From positions 1-61,383 of the forward strand of contig JASHOM010000097.1 of NCBI GenBank assembly GCA_030041115.1: a DNA stretch of 61,383 nt. The letters are read 5' to 3'. Numbering within the stretch: the stretch's first letter is position 1; every line of letters starts with the position of its first letter. Origin of the DNA: Vulcanimicrobiota bacterium (GTDB taxonomy: Bacteria > Vulcanimicrobiota > Vulcanimicrobiia > Vulcanimicrobiales > Vulcanimicrobiaceae). Of this stretch, positions 37,562 through 45,953 are shown in pieces. The notes under the pieces were generated by a model. That model ran no database searches, was not told the origin of the DNA, and was given only the letters and a program-made list of their open reading frames with translations. The translations under genes were made by a program, and so were the position numbers.

Positions 37562-38148
37562 TCAGCAGCCTCCGTTCATCCGACGATGCAGTAGTCGATG
37601 AGCGTCATCCGAGTTCCAGCCCCCCCCCACGTTCCTAGCAGTGCAGGCAGTCGGGGCCGCCGGCTCGCGGTTCCTGCTGAGCCGGCTTGCCGCGGCGTCG
37701 ACGAATAGGAACACCGGGCACCCGGAAATTGCCGGTTTTGACGATGCCGGAAAATCCCCGCGTTTGCCTTGCAAGGCCGCCGTCTTCGTGGCCGTGCTCT
37801 TGCTCGACGATATCCCCGCGCCCCTGTCCACGATGAAGACCTCTCCTGCCCTGGCCGAACAAAGACCCCCGCGGCGAGTCAAACCCGGAGAGCATTCCGA
37901 CGACCTTGCCCTGAGGGTATGAGAAAACCTGAACCTCGCCTGTTAGGGTACGGGCTCGAGATGTAGAGCAAGTCGCCGCTCTCCGCTTTCGCCCGCATCC
38001 ACGATCGGCTGGACGGCATAGCGCCTGCCCCCGTCGCCTGCAGTGCCGGTACGGTGATATTCCGCGTAGAAACTGCGCCGCAAGCTGCCAGAAGGGCACA
38101 GCAGCCGCAGGTACTTGCTCCTCGAACCAACCGCGAAGATATTGTCAT
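37562..38148 (-). pseudogene. Decayed copy of the beta-propeller lipoprotein gene (multiple frameshifts, shortened)
   Basis: N-terminus MTISSRLVRGASTCGCCALLAACG (lipobox) ...SWMRAKAESGDLLYISS. A second frame gives VQVFSYPQGKVVGMLSGFDSPRG and a third gives LCSARAGEVFIVDRGAG. At ~590 nt it is well short of the ~1020 nt of intact copies. Confidence 0.55.
37620..37628. repeat. C9 (G9 on the coding strand) homopolymer tract
   Basis: Nine consecutive C at 37620-37628, inside the 3' part of the decayed propeller gene and ~86-94 nt upstream of the beta-helix gene ATG. Confidence 0.9.
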
Positions 38149-38315
38149 AAACGGCCCGGGAACCGAGCGTTCTCGAGCTGAACGTTTCTAGCCGATTCTG
38201 TTGAGAAATCAGCTTCAGAAGCAATGAACATTCTAAGGTTCAACCCTTGCCCTCTACCTCTGCGCTGCTTGGCGGCTGCGGCGGGGCGCAGCCGGCACTC
38301 GGAGGGCAGCACCTC

Positions 38316-38359
38316 ACGCTCCAGCAGCGGATGCGGTCGGGCGCCGCAACCTCGCCGAT
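38316..38359 (+). repeat. Copy 2 of the 44-bp repeat, ending at the proposed TTG start of the NHL lipoprotein gene
   Basis: ACGCTCCAGCAGCGGATGCGGTCGGGCGCCGCAACCTCGCCGAT, with one mismatch to 33932-33975. Confidence 0.8.
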
Positions 38360-39321
38360 TGACGAGGCACTCGGAGTTTGGTCGCTACACGGCGGTCCTG
38401 TGCGGTCTCGCCGGGCTGCTTGCGAGCTGCGGCAGATCGCAATTGCCCGTGGGTCCGCCAAACGACGCCTCGAACGTCGGCATGACTGCAGGTGCGCATT
38501 CGGAGCCGCTGCTGTACGTTGGCAATATCTCGGGATATGACGATGTTAAAGTTTACCCTGCGAACGCTAAAGATCCTAGCCCAATAGAGGTTATCTCAAC
38601 TGATCTAGATGCTCCAACCGGCGACTGCATCGACGGTGCCGGCACGCTCTATGTCGTCAACGAGCCACCTGGGCGGGGCTGGGTCACAGAATTCCCTGCT
38701 GGGAAAACGAAGCCATCGAAAGTCATTAGGAAAGGGATCAATACGCCGGCATTCTGCGCGATTGACAGCAATGGAAATCTTTGGGTGACGAACATCGGTG
38801 GCCCGAACGTCACTGAATATGAGAACGGTTCAACCAAGCCGCACACGATCATCACGAAAGGCATCATCTATCCGGACGGGATCGCGATCGACGACGCGGG
38901 AAACATGTACGTCGCGAACCACGTAACTGACGGTACTAAAAGTTTCGGTCCCGGAAACGTCGTCGTCTATCCGTCCGGCAGCAAATCGCCCAGCAGGACC
39001 ATCACCGATAGCGTAGTTTCCCCGGTGGGCATCACGGTAGACGCGAGCGGCACGCTCTACGTAACCAACGAAACCGAGAACAACGTGCAGGAGTATCGGA
39101 CAGGTCAGAGTCACCCCTATCAGACGATTACGCAGGACATGGTCCGTCCAATTGCGGTGACGGTTGACAAGAAGGGCTATCTCTATGTGACGGACGGTGG
39201 GGATAGCGTAGTCGTCGAGTTTTCGCCTGGCTCGATTACGCCGTCGAATCGCAAAATCAGCAAAGGTCTCTTCGAGCCGGAAGGAACGGCGTATTCGCCT
39301 CCGCTACTGCCGCAAAACTGA
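38359..39321 (+). CDS. NHL-repeat beta-propeller lipoprotein
   Basis: TTG 38359 gives LTRHSEFGRYTAVLCGLAGLLASCG (lipobox). NHL-like units: NTPAFCAIDSNGNLWVTNIGGPNVTEY, IIYPDGIAIDDAGNMYVANH, VVSPVGITVDASGTLYVTNETENNVQEY, MVRPIAVTVDKKGYLYVTDGGDSVVVEF. The ORF in the track opens at 38224. Confidence 0.65.
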   Translation: MTRHSEFGRYTAVLCGLAGLLASCGRSQLPVGPPNDASNVGMTAGAHSEPLLYVGNISGYDDVKVYPANAKDPSPIEVISTDLDAPTGDCIDGAGTLYVVNEPPGRGWVTEFPAGKTKPSKVIRKGINTPAFCAIDSNGNLWVTNIGGPNVTEYENGSTKPHTIITKGIIYPDGIAIDDAGNMYVANHVTDGTKSFGPGNVVVYPSGSKSPSRTITDSVVSPVGITVDASGTLYVTNETENNVQEYRTGQSHPYQTITQDMVRPIAVTVDKKGYLYVTDGGDSVVVEFSPGSITPSNRKISKGLFEPEGTAYSPPLLPQN

Positions 39322-39330
39322 AATCACTCG

Positions 39331-39470
39331 TTAAGGCTCCGCTGAGATTGTTGCCCCCGACTGGTATCGCCATATGCCGATCTGCTTTTTGTAGCTCTCC
39401 GGGCTGACGATCTTCCCAGCTTGGATCTACGGCGCAGCCGTTGGGATCATTGCCGGAAACGAGGGCGCCG
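39331..39470 (-). pseudogene. Short relic of a further beta-propeller lipoprotein gene (internal deletion)
   Basis: One frame reads LVSGNDPNGCAVDPS (family block GCAVDPTTG). After a frame switch the sequence reads IQAGKIVSPESYKKQIGIWRYQSGATISAEP-stop, matching the family C-terminal block IQGGTIVG...FLWRYPAGGVP. Confidence 0.35.
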
Positions 39471-39506
39471 CCTTCGTCGGCGGGCGTGAGCGGCGCCTCC
39501 CGCGAG

Positions 39507-39944
39507 CTAATGAACGAAGGTTGTCGTATCCGGGCCGATGCCGCTGATTTCGAGCACTGCACCGTTCTGCGCCACCGCATAGTGATGAACGCCCGCCGGA
39601 ATCGAGGCGACCGTGCCGGGCCCGACGCTCTTCGCTTTTGCCAGATCGATGGTATCGCCGAGGCCGAACATGACCGTGCCGCTGATGACGGTGACGTTCT
39701 CCGTCATCTTATGGAAGTGCGGCAGCGCTTTTCCGCCCGGCGGTGCTTTGAGCAAATACGCGTAGTACGCACCCGGCGTTTCCGGGTTGCCGACGATCGC
39801 CGCCATCTGCCATCCCTGGAATTGCGGCACGGGCTGCCACTTCGCCGTGGCAGGGGTCACGATGGTCGGCGTGGTGGCGGCCGTCGCGATGGACGTCAGC
39901 GCCGCAACCGCAAGCGCCGTAAGAAAGACTCGTGAGCGTAGCAT
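39507..39944 (-). CDS. Secreted cupin-domain protein
   Basis: ATG 39944: signal MLRSRVFLTALAVAALTSIATA. Cupin motifs LPHFHKMTENVTVISGTVMFG and IPAGVHHYAV. Confidence 0.65.
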   Translation of the reverse strand: MLRSRVFLTALAVAALTSIATAATTPTIVTPATAKWQPVPQFQGWQMAAIVGNPETPGAYYAYLLKAPPGGKALPHFHKMTENVTVISGTVMFGLGDTIDLAKAKSVGPGTVASIPAGVHHYAVAQNGAVLEISGIGPDTTTFVH

Positions 39945-40052
39945 TTCGGGTACCTCCTGACGGGTGGACCATTCGCTAAGCGGCCCTCGTCTCCGCTTCT
40001 CCGGGCGCACGTAGGTGCCGGTATCCGAGAAGTGCAACGTCCGTTTGCGGAC

Positions 40053-40865
40053 ATGAGCTGGTTCTCCAATCTATCGATTCTGATCGCATTGCCGCTCTTC
40101 GCTTTGATCTTTGCTGCTGTTGCGGTCCTCGCTCACTCGCTCTTTCGCCATTTCCTTGCGTCGCCCGAGCGGCTCAGCGAACATCACGAAGTTGCCGGAT
40201 TTCTCGTGGGCGTCGTCGGCGTTCTCTACTCGGTCGTACTGGGATTTTTGGTTGGAACCGTTTGGACCTCATTCGCCTCCGCACAGCAGACCGCCGACCT
40301 GGAGGCCGGTTATGTCTCCGACGCGTTTAACTTCGCGGGTCAGCTGACCTCGCCGCAGGGCGGTGAACTACAGCGCCTCTTGGCGCGCTATGCCATCGTT
40401 GTCAGGAACGCAAACTGGTCCGCCCCGCCGCAGGCGAGCAAGGACCGGACGATCGACCTGCTCAACCGAGCCGTTCGCTTGACCGTCGCAGCATCGCCGC
40501 CTCCCGGAGCGAGCCCGGCCGATATTCTCGAACAGAACACGATCCGAAGCTCGCTGCTCGACAGTCTGCGCAGCATCGGCGACACGCGACGGCTTCGACT
40601 CGTTCAATCGGCGAGTCATCTCCCCGCGGGAATGTTGGAGGCCCTCATCATCGGAGCTGTTGCGGTGATCGTCTTCACGTTCTTTTTCGGCGTCAGGAGC
40701 TATGCCAAGCAGATGGTCATGACCGCATTGCTAGCCGGGACGATTGGTTTATTCTTTGGGTTGGTCATCGAGTTGAGCACGCCGTACTCCGGTTCGATTC
40801 GCGTGTCGCGCGACGCCTGGAGCCTCGTGATCCAAAATAATCGTCTCGGCGAATTTGCGAAGTAA
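40053..40865 (+). CDS. DUF4239-like membrane protein
   Basis: MSWFSNLSILIALPLFALIF...VGVLYSVVLGFLVGTVWTSFASAQQ, plus C-terminal TM segments. Call made by pattern memory only. Confidence 0.45.
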   Translation: MSWFSNLSILIALPLFALIFAAVAVLAHSLFRHFLASPERLSEHHEVAGFLVGVVGVLYSVVLGFLVGTVWTSFASAQQTADLEAGYVSDAFNFAGQLTSPQGGELQRLLARYAIVVRNANWSAPPQASKDRTIDLLNRAVRLTVAASPPPGASPADILEQNTIRSSLLDSLRSIGDTRRLRLVQSASHLPAGMLEALIIGAVAVIVFTFFFGVRSYAKQMVMTALLAGTIGLFFGLVIELSTPYSGSIRVSRDAWSLVIQNNRLGEFAK

Positions 40866-41025
40866 CGTTATGTGCCCGGTCCTGCGCGAGAGAGAATCGC
40901 CCGGCAATCCATAGGAGCGTCAATCCCAAATTGGGGCGCGATAATTTCCCGCGATTGCGCATATCGGATAGACACGGCCGGGGCCGAACCACTAGAATCC
41001 GCTTGAAGGGAGCCCTCGCCGCGTT

Positions 41026-41925
41026 ATGAATTGCTTAAAGCCCCTCTATCCGATACTCGTCGGGGTCCTCGCGTTCGCCGCGAATGCTTCAGTCGGCTGC
41101 AGCCAAGAAGCGACGCCGGCGCCCGCGGAAACGTCGCGCCCCACCTTTATCGATCGCCAGTACGACGGCAAGACCCACGTGATGGTCGCGCCATACCTTT
41201 GGGGTGCGACGGTCAAGGCTGATTACCAATTCCCGATTCCGAGGCTTCCCCGCCGCCATCACGCCGGTCCCACGCCCGTCACCGGGGCTGTCGAAGTCGG
41301 ACCAAGCCAATACTTGCCGAAGCTCAATTCGGCGGGGATGCTTGCCTTCGATGCGCGTAACGGCGACTTCGACGTTTTCGGCGATGCGATTTATCTCAAC
41401 GCCTCGACGAGCGCGACGATCTTCTCCAACATCAGCGGCCCCCTCGGCCGGCAGATCCCGCTAACGGTCGACGGCAACGCTCATTTGAGTACGGCCATCT
41501 GGGAACTCGCCGGAGGCTTCTCGCTTTTTCACAGCCATGACGCGGACCTCAGCATGATCTTGGGCGTGCGCGAGTTCCCGATGACGCTGAACGTCGACTA
41601 CGCCGCCACCGTGGGCAAACGCGGGCTCATCGCGCCGAGCGGCAGTCTCACGACGTCCGACTACACGAATGACGTGATTTGGGGCATTCGCGGACGGGCA
41701 TTCTTCGATAACGATCGCCTCTACGTGCCGTATTACTTCGACGTCGGTCAAGGCACCAACAATCAAACGTGGGAGGCGTACGCCGGCGGAGGCTACGCGT
41801 TCGATCACGGTCAGACGATCGTTGCGCTCTGGCGAGCGTTGAACTACAACGGCTTCCCGCCGATCGCAAACGTGCAGAAGATGAGCCTCGCCGGCCCGCT
41901 GCTGGGCTACACGTTCAACCTCTAG
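41026..41925 (+). CDS. Putative outer-membrane beta-barrel protein
   Basis: Signal peptide MNCLKPLYPILVGVLAFAANA. Alternating amphipathic strands. C-terminal GPLLGYTFNL ending aromatic-x-hydrophobic. Confidence 0.45.
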   Translation: MNCLKPLYPILVGVLAFAANASVGCSQEATPAPAETSRPTFIDRQYDGKTHVMVAPYLWGATVKADYQFPIPRLPRRHHAGPTPVTGAVEVGPSQYLPKLNSAGMLAFDARNGDFDVFGDAIYLNASTSATIFSNISGPLGRQIPLTVDGNAHLSTAIWELAGGFSLFHSHDADLSMILGVREFPMTLNVDYAATVGKRGLIAPSGSLTTSDYTNDVIWGIRGRAFFDNDRLYVPYYFDVGQGTNNQTWEAYAGGGYAFDHGQTIVALWRALNYNGFPPIANVQKMSLAGPLLGYTFNL

Positions 41926-42362
41926 TGCCGATCGGCGCGTTCCTGGCGCGTCTCGGACTCGCCGCCCTGTTGGGCATCGCGATTGGTTTCGAGCGGCAAT
42001 GGCGTCAGCGAGCGACGGGACTGCACACGAGCAGCTTGGTCTCGATCGGTGCGGCGCTCTTTGCGCTGCTCGACGAGGTTCTAAATGCGGGCGACACGAC
42101 GCGCATCGTTGCCGGCGTGGTGACCGGCGTCGGTTTCATTGCCGGCGGCGTGATCTTTCGCTCGGGAGTCAACGTGACGGGGCTCAATACGGCGGCCACG
42201 ATCTGGGCGACCGCGGCCGTCGGCGCATTGGCGGGGTTCGGCTATTGGGGCGAGGCCGCCGCCGGCGCCGTTCTCATCATCCTGTTGAATCTGGTCTTGC
42301 AACCGCTGGCCGATCGAATCGACGCCCGCACGCGCGCGCGCGACGCGAATCTCGACACGTAA
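41925..42362 (+). CDS. mgtC: MgtC/SapB-family membrane protein
   Basis: GTG 41925 shares its G with the upstream TAG. RLGLAALLGIAIGFERQWRQRATGLHTSSLVSIGAALF...GVVTGVGFIAGGVIF...GLNTAATIWATAAVG. Confidence 0.8.
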   Translation: MPIGAFLARLGLAALLGIAIGFERQWRQRATGLHTSSLVSIGAALFALLDEVLNAGDTTRIVAGVVTGVGFIAGGVIFRSGVNVTGLNTAATIWATAAVGALAGFGYWGEAAAGAVLIILLNLVLQPLADRIDARTRARDANLDT

Positions 42363-42368
42363 CCTCGC

Positions 42369-42989
42369 GTGCAAAATTCAGCGCGCGTCGGCGTGACCTT
42401 CATTCTGCTCATCGTCCTGGCCCTCGACTCGGTCGACCGTTATCGCATCGCTCCGCCGATGCTCCCCGAAGCGATTCTCGCGGCGCTCGTCGTCGTGATG
42501 ATCGTTGCGGCGATTACGCGCTCGGGGCGCTGGCACGCCATCGAACTCGGTGCGCTCTGGGTGACCGTCGCGCTCGGCGTCTTTTACAACACGATCAACC
42601 TGGCGAGCGTCATCAATCGCCTGGTCTTCGGCGCGGTGAAGCCGTCGACGCTTTTCTATACCGCCGTGGCCATTTGGATCAACAACGTCTTCAGCTTCAC
42701 GCTTGCGTATTGGCTGCTCGACGGCGGCGGTCCCGACGCTCGCCGGCGGGGCGTCCAATACCCGGATTTCGACTTTCCCGCAACGAGCGAACCGCAGAAA
42801 GTGCGTCCCGGATGGTTGCCCGGTCTTGCGGATTACTTCTTCGTCGGGTTCACGACGGCGACCGCCTTTAGCCCTACCGAAGCCCAGCCGCTAACACCGC
42901 GCGCCAAGCTCCTGATGGTCGCGCAAAGCGCGATCTCCCTCACGACGATCGCCGTGGTCGCCGCCCGCGCGGTCAACATCATCCAATGA
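42369..42989 (+). CDS. DUF1345-like integral membrane protein
   Basis: Multiple TM segments. DYFFVGFTTATAFSPTEAQPLTPRAKLLMVAQSAISLTTIAVVAARAVNI resembles the DUF1345 C-terminal pattern. Confidence 0.45.
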   Translation: MQNSARVGVTFILLIVLALDSVDRYRIAPPMLPEAILAALVVVMIVAAITRSGRWHAIELGALWVTVALGVFYNTINLASVINRLVFGAVKPSTLFYTAVAIWINNVFSFTLAYWLLDGGGPDARRRGVQYPDFDFPATSEPQKVRPGWLPGLADYFFVGFTTATAFSPTEAQPLTPRAKLLMVAQSAISLTTIAVVAARAVNIIQ

Positions 42990-44103
42990 GTGCCGAAGCG
43001 ATGAAACCGACTGCCGAGAGCGTAACGGCCGCAGTGACCACCCAGCCTGCGCAGGCCAGTGGCGCCGCTATCGGCCGGCCGCGCATGGCATCGGAGTTGC
43101 GGGCGACGAGCAGCGCGTACGCCAGCGTGACCGGAGTCGCGATGCCGGCCGCGACGGAAACCCAGTAGAGCAGCGCAATCGTCGGAATCGGGAGCAATGC
43201 AAAGGCGGCGCCGATTCCCAGCGACGCGAAGATGACGCCGTAAAAGAGCCTCGACTCGCCCGGTGACGTCGTCAGTCCCGCCGGTTGGCCGAACGTTTGC
43301 GCCACGACGTAGCCGTTCGTAGCAGCCATCACCGGAATCGCGATCGCGGCCGATGCGAGCAGACCGATGCCGAAGAGACGCTGATCCCAAGCGCCCGCGA
43401 GCGGCCTCAATGCGACCGCTGCCTGCGCCGCCGTCGAAACGGCAACGTGGTGTTTTCCCAGCGTTGCGGCCGTTGCAACCAAGATGAAGAGAAAGCTCGA
43501 CCCGGCCACGAGCATGCCGATCGCCGCATCGGCGTTGACCGCGCGCAGCGCCGCCATCGGCGGACGGCGTTCCGCAACCTCGATCGATTCCCAGAAATAG
43601 ACGTAACCCGTGAGCGTCGTCCCGAGCAGCGCGATCGCCGCGGTCAAGAAGGGTCGCGTCAAATCGAAACGCGGAATGACGATGGCATGCAGGATTGCGC
43701 CCCAGTCCGGCCGCGCGGAGATTGCGCCGGCGACGTAACAGAGAAAGATCAGCGTCAACCACGCGAGCAGCCGCTCTATCTTGAGGTACGACTTCGTCGC
43801 GAGCAACCAAGCGATGACGCCCACGAGTGGAACGACGAAATACGCAAAGGCGAGGCCGGACAGCAACGACAATGCCTCGGCTCCCGCCTGCACGTCCGCG
43901 CCGATCGTGGCCAGATTGATGAGACCCACGCAGCCGAGAGCGAGCATCGCCGGGCCGCGTCCGTAGGTTTGTGCAATCGCGCGCTGCAAGCTCATCTGCG
44001 AAACGGTCGCGACCGACGCCGCGATGGTCTGCACGACCGCCAGCATCGGTAACAACAGAATGACGAGCCAGGCCATCCCGTAGCCGGTCGTCGCACCGAC
44101 CAC
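42979..44103 (-). CDS. Nramp-family divalent metal transporter homolog (start unresolved; homology continues to ~44175)
   Basis: GATTGYGMAWLVILLLPMLAVVQ...GADVQAGAEAL... multi-TM. The same frame upstream reads SFGPGLVAGASANDPTTVGSLAV, the conserved first-TM motif region, but has no ATG/GTG/TTG before 44103. Confidence 0.7.
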   Translation of the reverse strand: MVGATTGYGMAWLVILLLPMLAVVQTIAASVATVSQMSLQRAIAQTYGRGPAMLALGCVGLINLATIGADVQAGAEALSLLSGLAFAYFVVPLVGVIAWLLATKSYLKIERLLAWLTLIFLCYVAGAISARPDWGAILHAIVIPRFDLTRPFLTAAIALLGTTLTGYVYFWESIEVAERRPPMAALRAVNADAAIGMLVAGSSFLFILVATAATLGKHHVAVSTAAQAAVALRPLAGAWDQRLFGIGLLASAAIAIPVMAATNGYVVAQTFGQPAGLTTSPGESRLFYGVIFASLGIGAAFALLPIPTIALLYWVSVAAGIATPVTLAYALLVARNSDAMRGRPIAAPLACAGWVVTAAVTLSAVGFIASALIG

Positions 44104-44178
44104 GGCAAGCGATCCGACCGTGGTCGGATCGTTTGCGGACGCGCCTGCGACTAAACCCGGGCCGAAGGATTCTCGAAC

Positions 44179-45027
44179 TTACGCACCCTCGTCGCCGTAG
44201 ATGAGGGCCGTTTTCGTCGTCCCCGCGTAGAGATAATCGTGCAGCGGCCCTTGCAAGCTTTTGAAGAAGTCGTCGGCTGCGCGTTGACCCTTCTCTTCTT
44301 TTTCGTCCTTGCCCAAGACGTGCGTCGAGAAGCCGAACTCCGCAACGAGCGGCTCGAAGCGGTCGGGCACCGGACGAGCCCACACCGCCAGCGTTGCCCG
44401 CGCCGTGACGCCGTGACCAAAGGAAAGCGTGCCGAGATCCGATTGAAGCTCGAAGACTTTTGCGCCGGCCACGATCGCCATCGTTTCGTTCAGATCCACC
44501 CCGATCGTCTTGAGATGCGGCAGCGCGTTGGCCAGCCGCGAGAGCGGCGCCTCCAACGGAATCTCGGGATACTCGACGATGACGTTGTTCGAGAAGATGC
44601 TCTCCATGGTTCCGGGCGCCGTGCCTCGGATGAGCTCTTCCTTGAACTTCTTCTTTTGCAGCTTCGTCATGGTCGTATCCGTATCGAACTCCGCGGCCTT
44701 CTCGTAGCTGGGCGCGCGGCATTTGAAGGTAAGCTCCCAGCTCTCGTCCGGCCAGCCGCCTTGGCGGATTTGCCGGATGCGAAAAATGAGTTTGTTCTTG
44801 CGTAGGTCTTGGTTCTTCGTATCGTAGAACTGAACGATGCGCAGCTGCGAGTCGAGCGACTCAACCGGCTCGTAGCGGACGCCTAGCTTCTCGGCGGCCC
44901 TGTGAAGCAGCTCGTTGAACTCCAGCACGGCACGCCGGCTTGGAAACTTCTCCGGTTTGAGCAGCAGCTTGAACTCGCGATGCGTCACCAGCGGCATTGC
45001 GGATGTTCCTTTTCCGTCTTTACTCAT
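44179..45027 (-). CDS. Hypothetical cytoplasmic protein (weak CYTH/triphosphate-tunnel-like strand pattern)
   Basis: ATG 45027 overlaps the FGE stop (ATGA). MSKDGKGTSAMPLVTHREFKLLLKPEKF...LIFRIRQIR...WELTFKCRAP...KFKEELI...IVEYPEI. No family recognised with confidence. Confidence 0.5.
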   Translation of the reverse strand: MSKDGKGTSAMPLVTHREFKLLLKPEKFPSRRAVLEFNELLHRAAEKLGVRYEPVESLDSQLRIVQFYDTKNQDLRKNKLIFRIRQIRQGGWPDESWELTFKCRAPSYEKAAEFDTDTTMTKLQKKKFKEELIRGTAPGTMESIFSNNVIVEYPEIPLEAPLSRLANALPHLKTIGVDLNETMAIVAGAKVFELQSDLGTLSFGHGVTARATLAVWARPVPDRFEPLVAEFGFSTHVLGKDEKEEKGQRAADDFFKSLQGPLHDYLYAGTTKTALIYGDEGA

Positions 45028-45953
45028 GAAGAAAACTCCTCGTCCTTTACGCAGCGGAAACCGACGTGCGACATGCCGGTATCGATCATTTGCGGCGACC
45101 GTGCCGCGGGGCGAAAGCGTAAGCAATAGCTCGGCGAGCAGAGAAACGAACCGCCCTTGAGCACCTTGCGCGGAATGCGTACGTTGGGCTGGCAAGGATC
45201 GTAGCTGCGCTCGCGCATGTCGCCCGCGCAACACGGCGACGTCGCGGCGCCGCGCTCGGCCACGAACCAATCCGACGTCCATTCCCACACGTTTCCGGCC
45301 ATGTCGTAAAGGCCGTAGCCGTTGGGATCGAAGCTGCCGACGGGCATCGTGCGCGCCCCGTGACGCGACGCATGGCGCCAGGGGAAATCGCCTTGCCAGG
45401 TATTTGCAGCCGGCCTTCCATCCGGCTCCATCTCGTCGCCCCACACGAAATCCTTGCCGGCGAGGCCGCCGCGTGCCGCGTACTCCCACTCGGCTTCCGT
45501 CGGAAGACGCTTACCTGCCCAGGCCGCGTATGCCTCGACGTCTTCGAGCGCTACGTGCACGACGGGGTGATCGGGCCGTGCGTCGATCGACGTGTTCGGC
45601 CCCTCGGGATGTTTCCAGCACGCCCCGGGAGTCCAGCACCACCACTGCGAGTAATCGCGCAGGTTCACCGGACCGTCCGTCATGCGAAAGACGAGCGCGC
45701 CGGGAACGAGGTTTTCCGGCGGCGCTCCGGGATAATCCGCCGGGTTCAAATCGCGCTCCGCCACGGTGACGTACCCGGTCCTGCGAACGAACTTGGAGAA
45801 CTCGGCGTTCGTCACGGCGCAGCGATCGATCCAAAAACCATTCACGCGGACATTTCGGACCGGCGCCTCTTCGGGGTAGAAACGGTCCGACCCCATGCAA
45901 AACGTGCCGCCGTCGACGCGCACCATACTGCCGATACCAGTGTGCTCAACCAT
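45024..45953 (-). CDS. Formylglycine-generating enzyme (SUMF1/FGE family)
   Basis: GGTFCMGSDRFYPEEAPVRNVRVNGFWIDRCAVTNAEF...YGLYDMAGNVWEWTSDWF...KGGSFLCSPSYCLRFRPAAR. Confidence 0.85.
   Translation of the reverse strand: MVEHTGIGSMVRVDGGTFCMGSDRFYPEEAPVRNVRVNGFWIDRCAVTNAEFSKFVRRTGYVTVAERDLNPADYPGAPPENLVPGALVFRMTDGPVNLRDYSQWWCWTPGACWKHPEGPNTSIDARPDHPVVHVALEDVEAYAAWAGKRLPTEAEWEYAARGGLAGKDFVWGDEMEPDGRPAANTWQGDFPWRHASRHGARTMPVGSFDPNGYGLYDMAGNVWEWTSDWFVAERGAATSPCCAGDMRERSYDPCQPNVRIPRKVLKGGSFLCSPSYCLRFRPAARSPQMIDTGMSHVGFRCVKDEEFSS

Noticed and set aside
34828-39321. Prophage or phage-tail-like particle locus, suggested by the tailspike-like beta-helix protein
   Set aside because: No capsid, portal, terminase, tape-measure, baseplate or lysis genes are present. 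Only an integrase relic and IS relic accompany it. At most this is a remnant or a domesticated gene.
29481-39470. Diversity-generating retroelement acting on the paralogous lipoprotein genes
   Set aside because: No reverse transcriptase ORF and no template/variable repeat pair with adenine-specific differences could be seen. Differences between paralogs are spread along the whole genes.
39322-39520. att-like direct repeat of the tRNA-Arg sequence marking the far end of the island
   Set aside because: Reading the region by eye, I found no segment matching either end of the tRNA gene (33539-33613). A computed alignment is still advisable.
42833-44722. 629-aa minus-strand Arg/Gly-rich ORF
   Set aside because: It is an out-of-frame overlap of the Nramp homolog and the upstream hypothetical gene. 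Low-complexity Arg/Gly/Asp composition. Shadow ORF.
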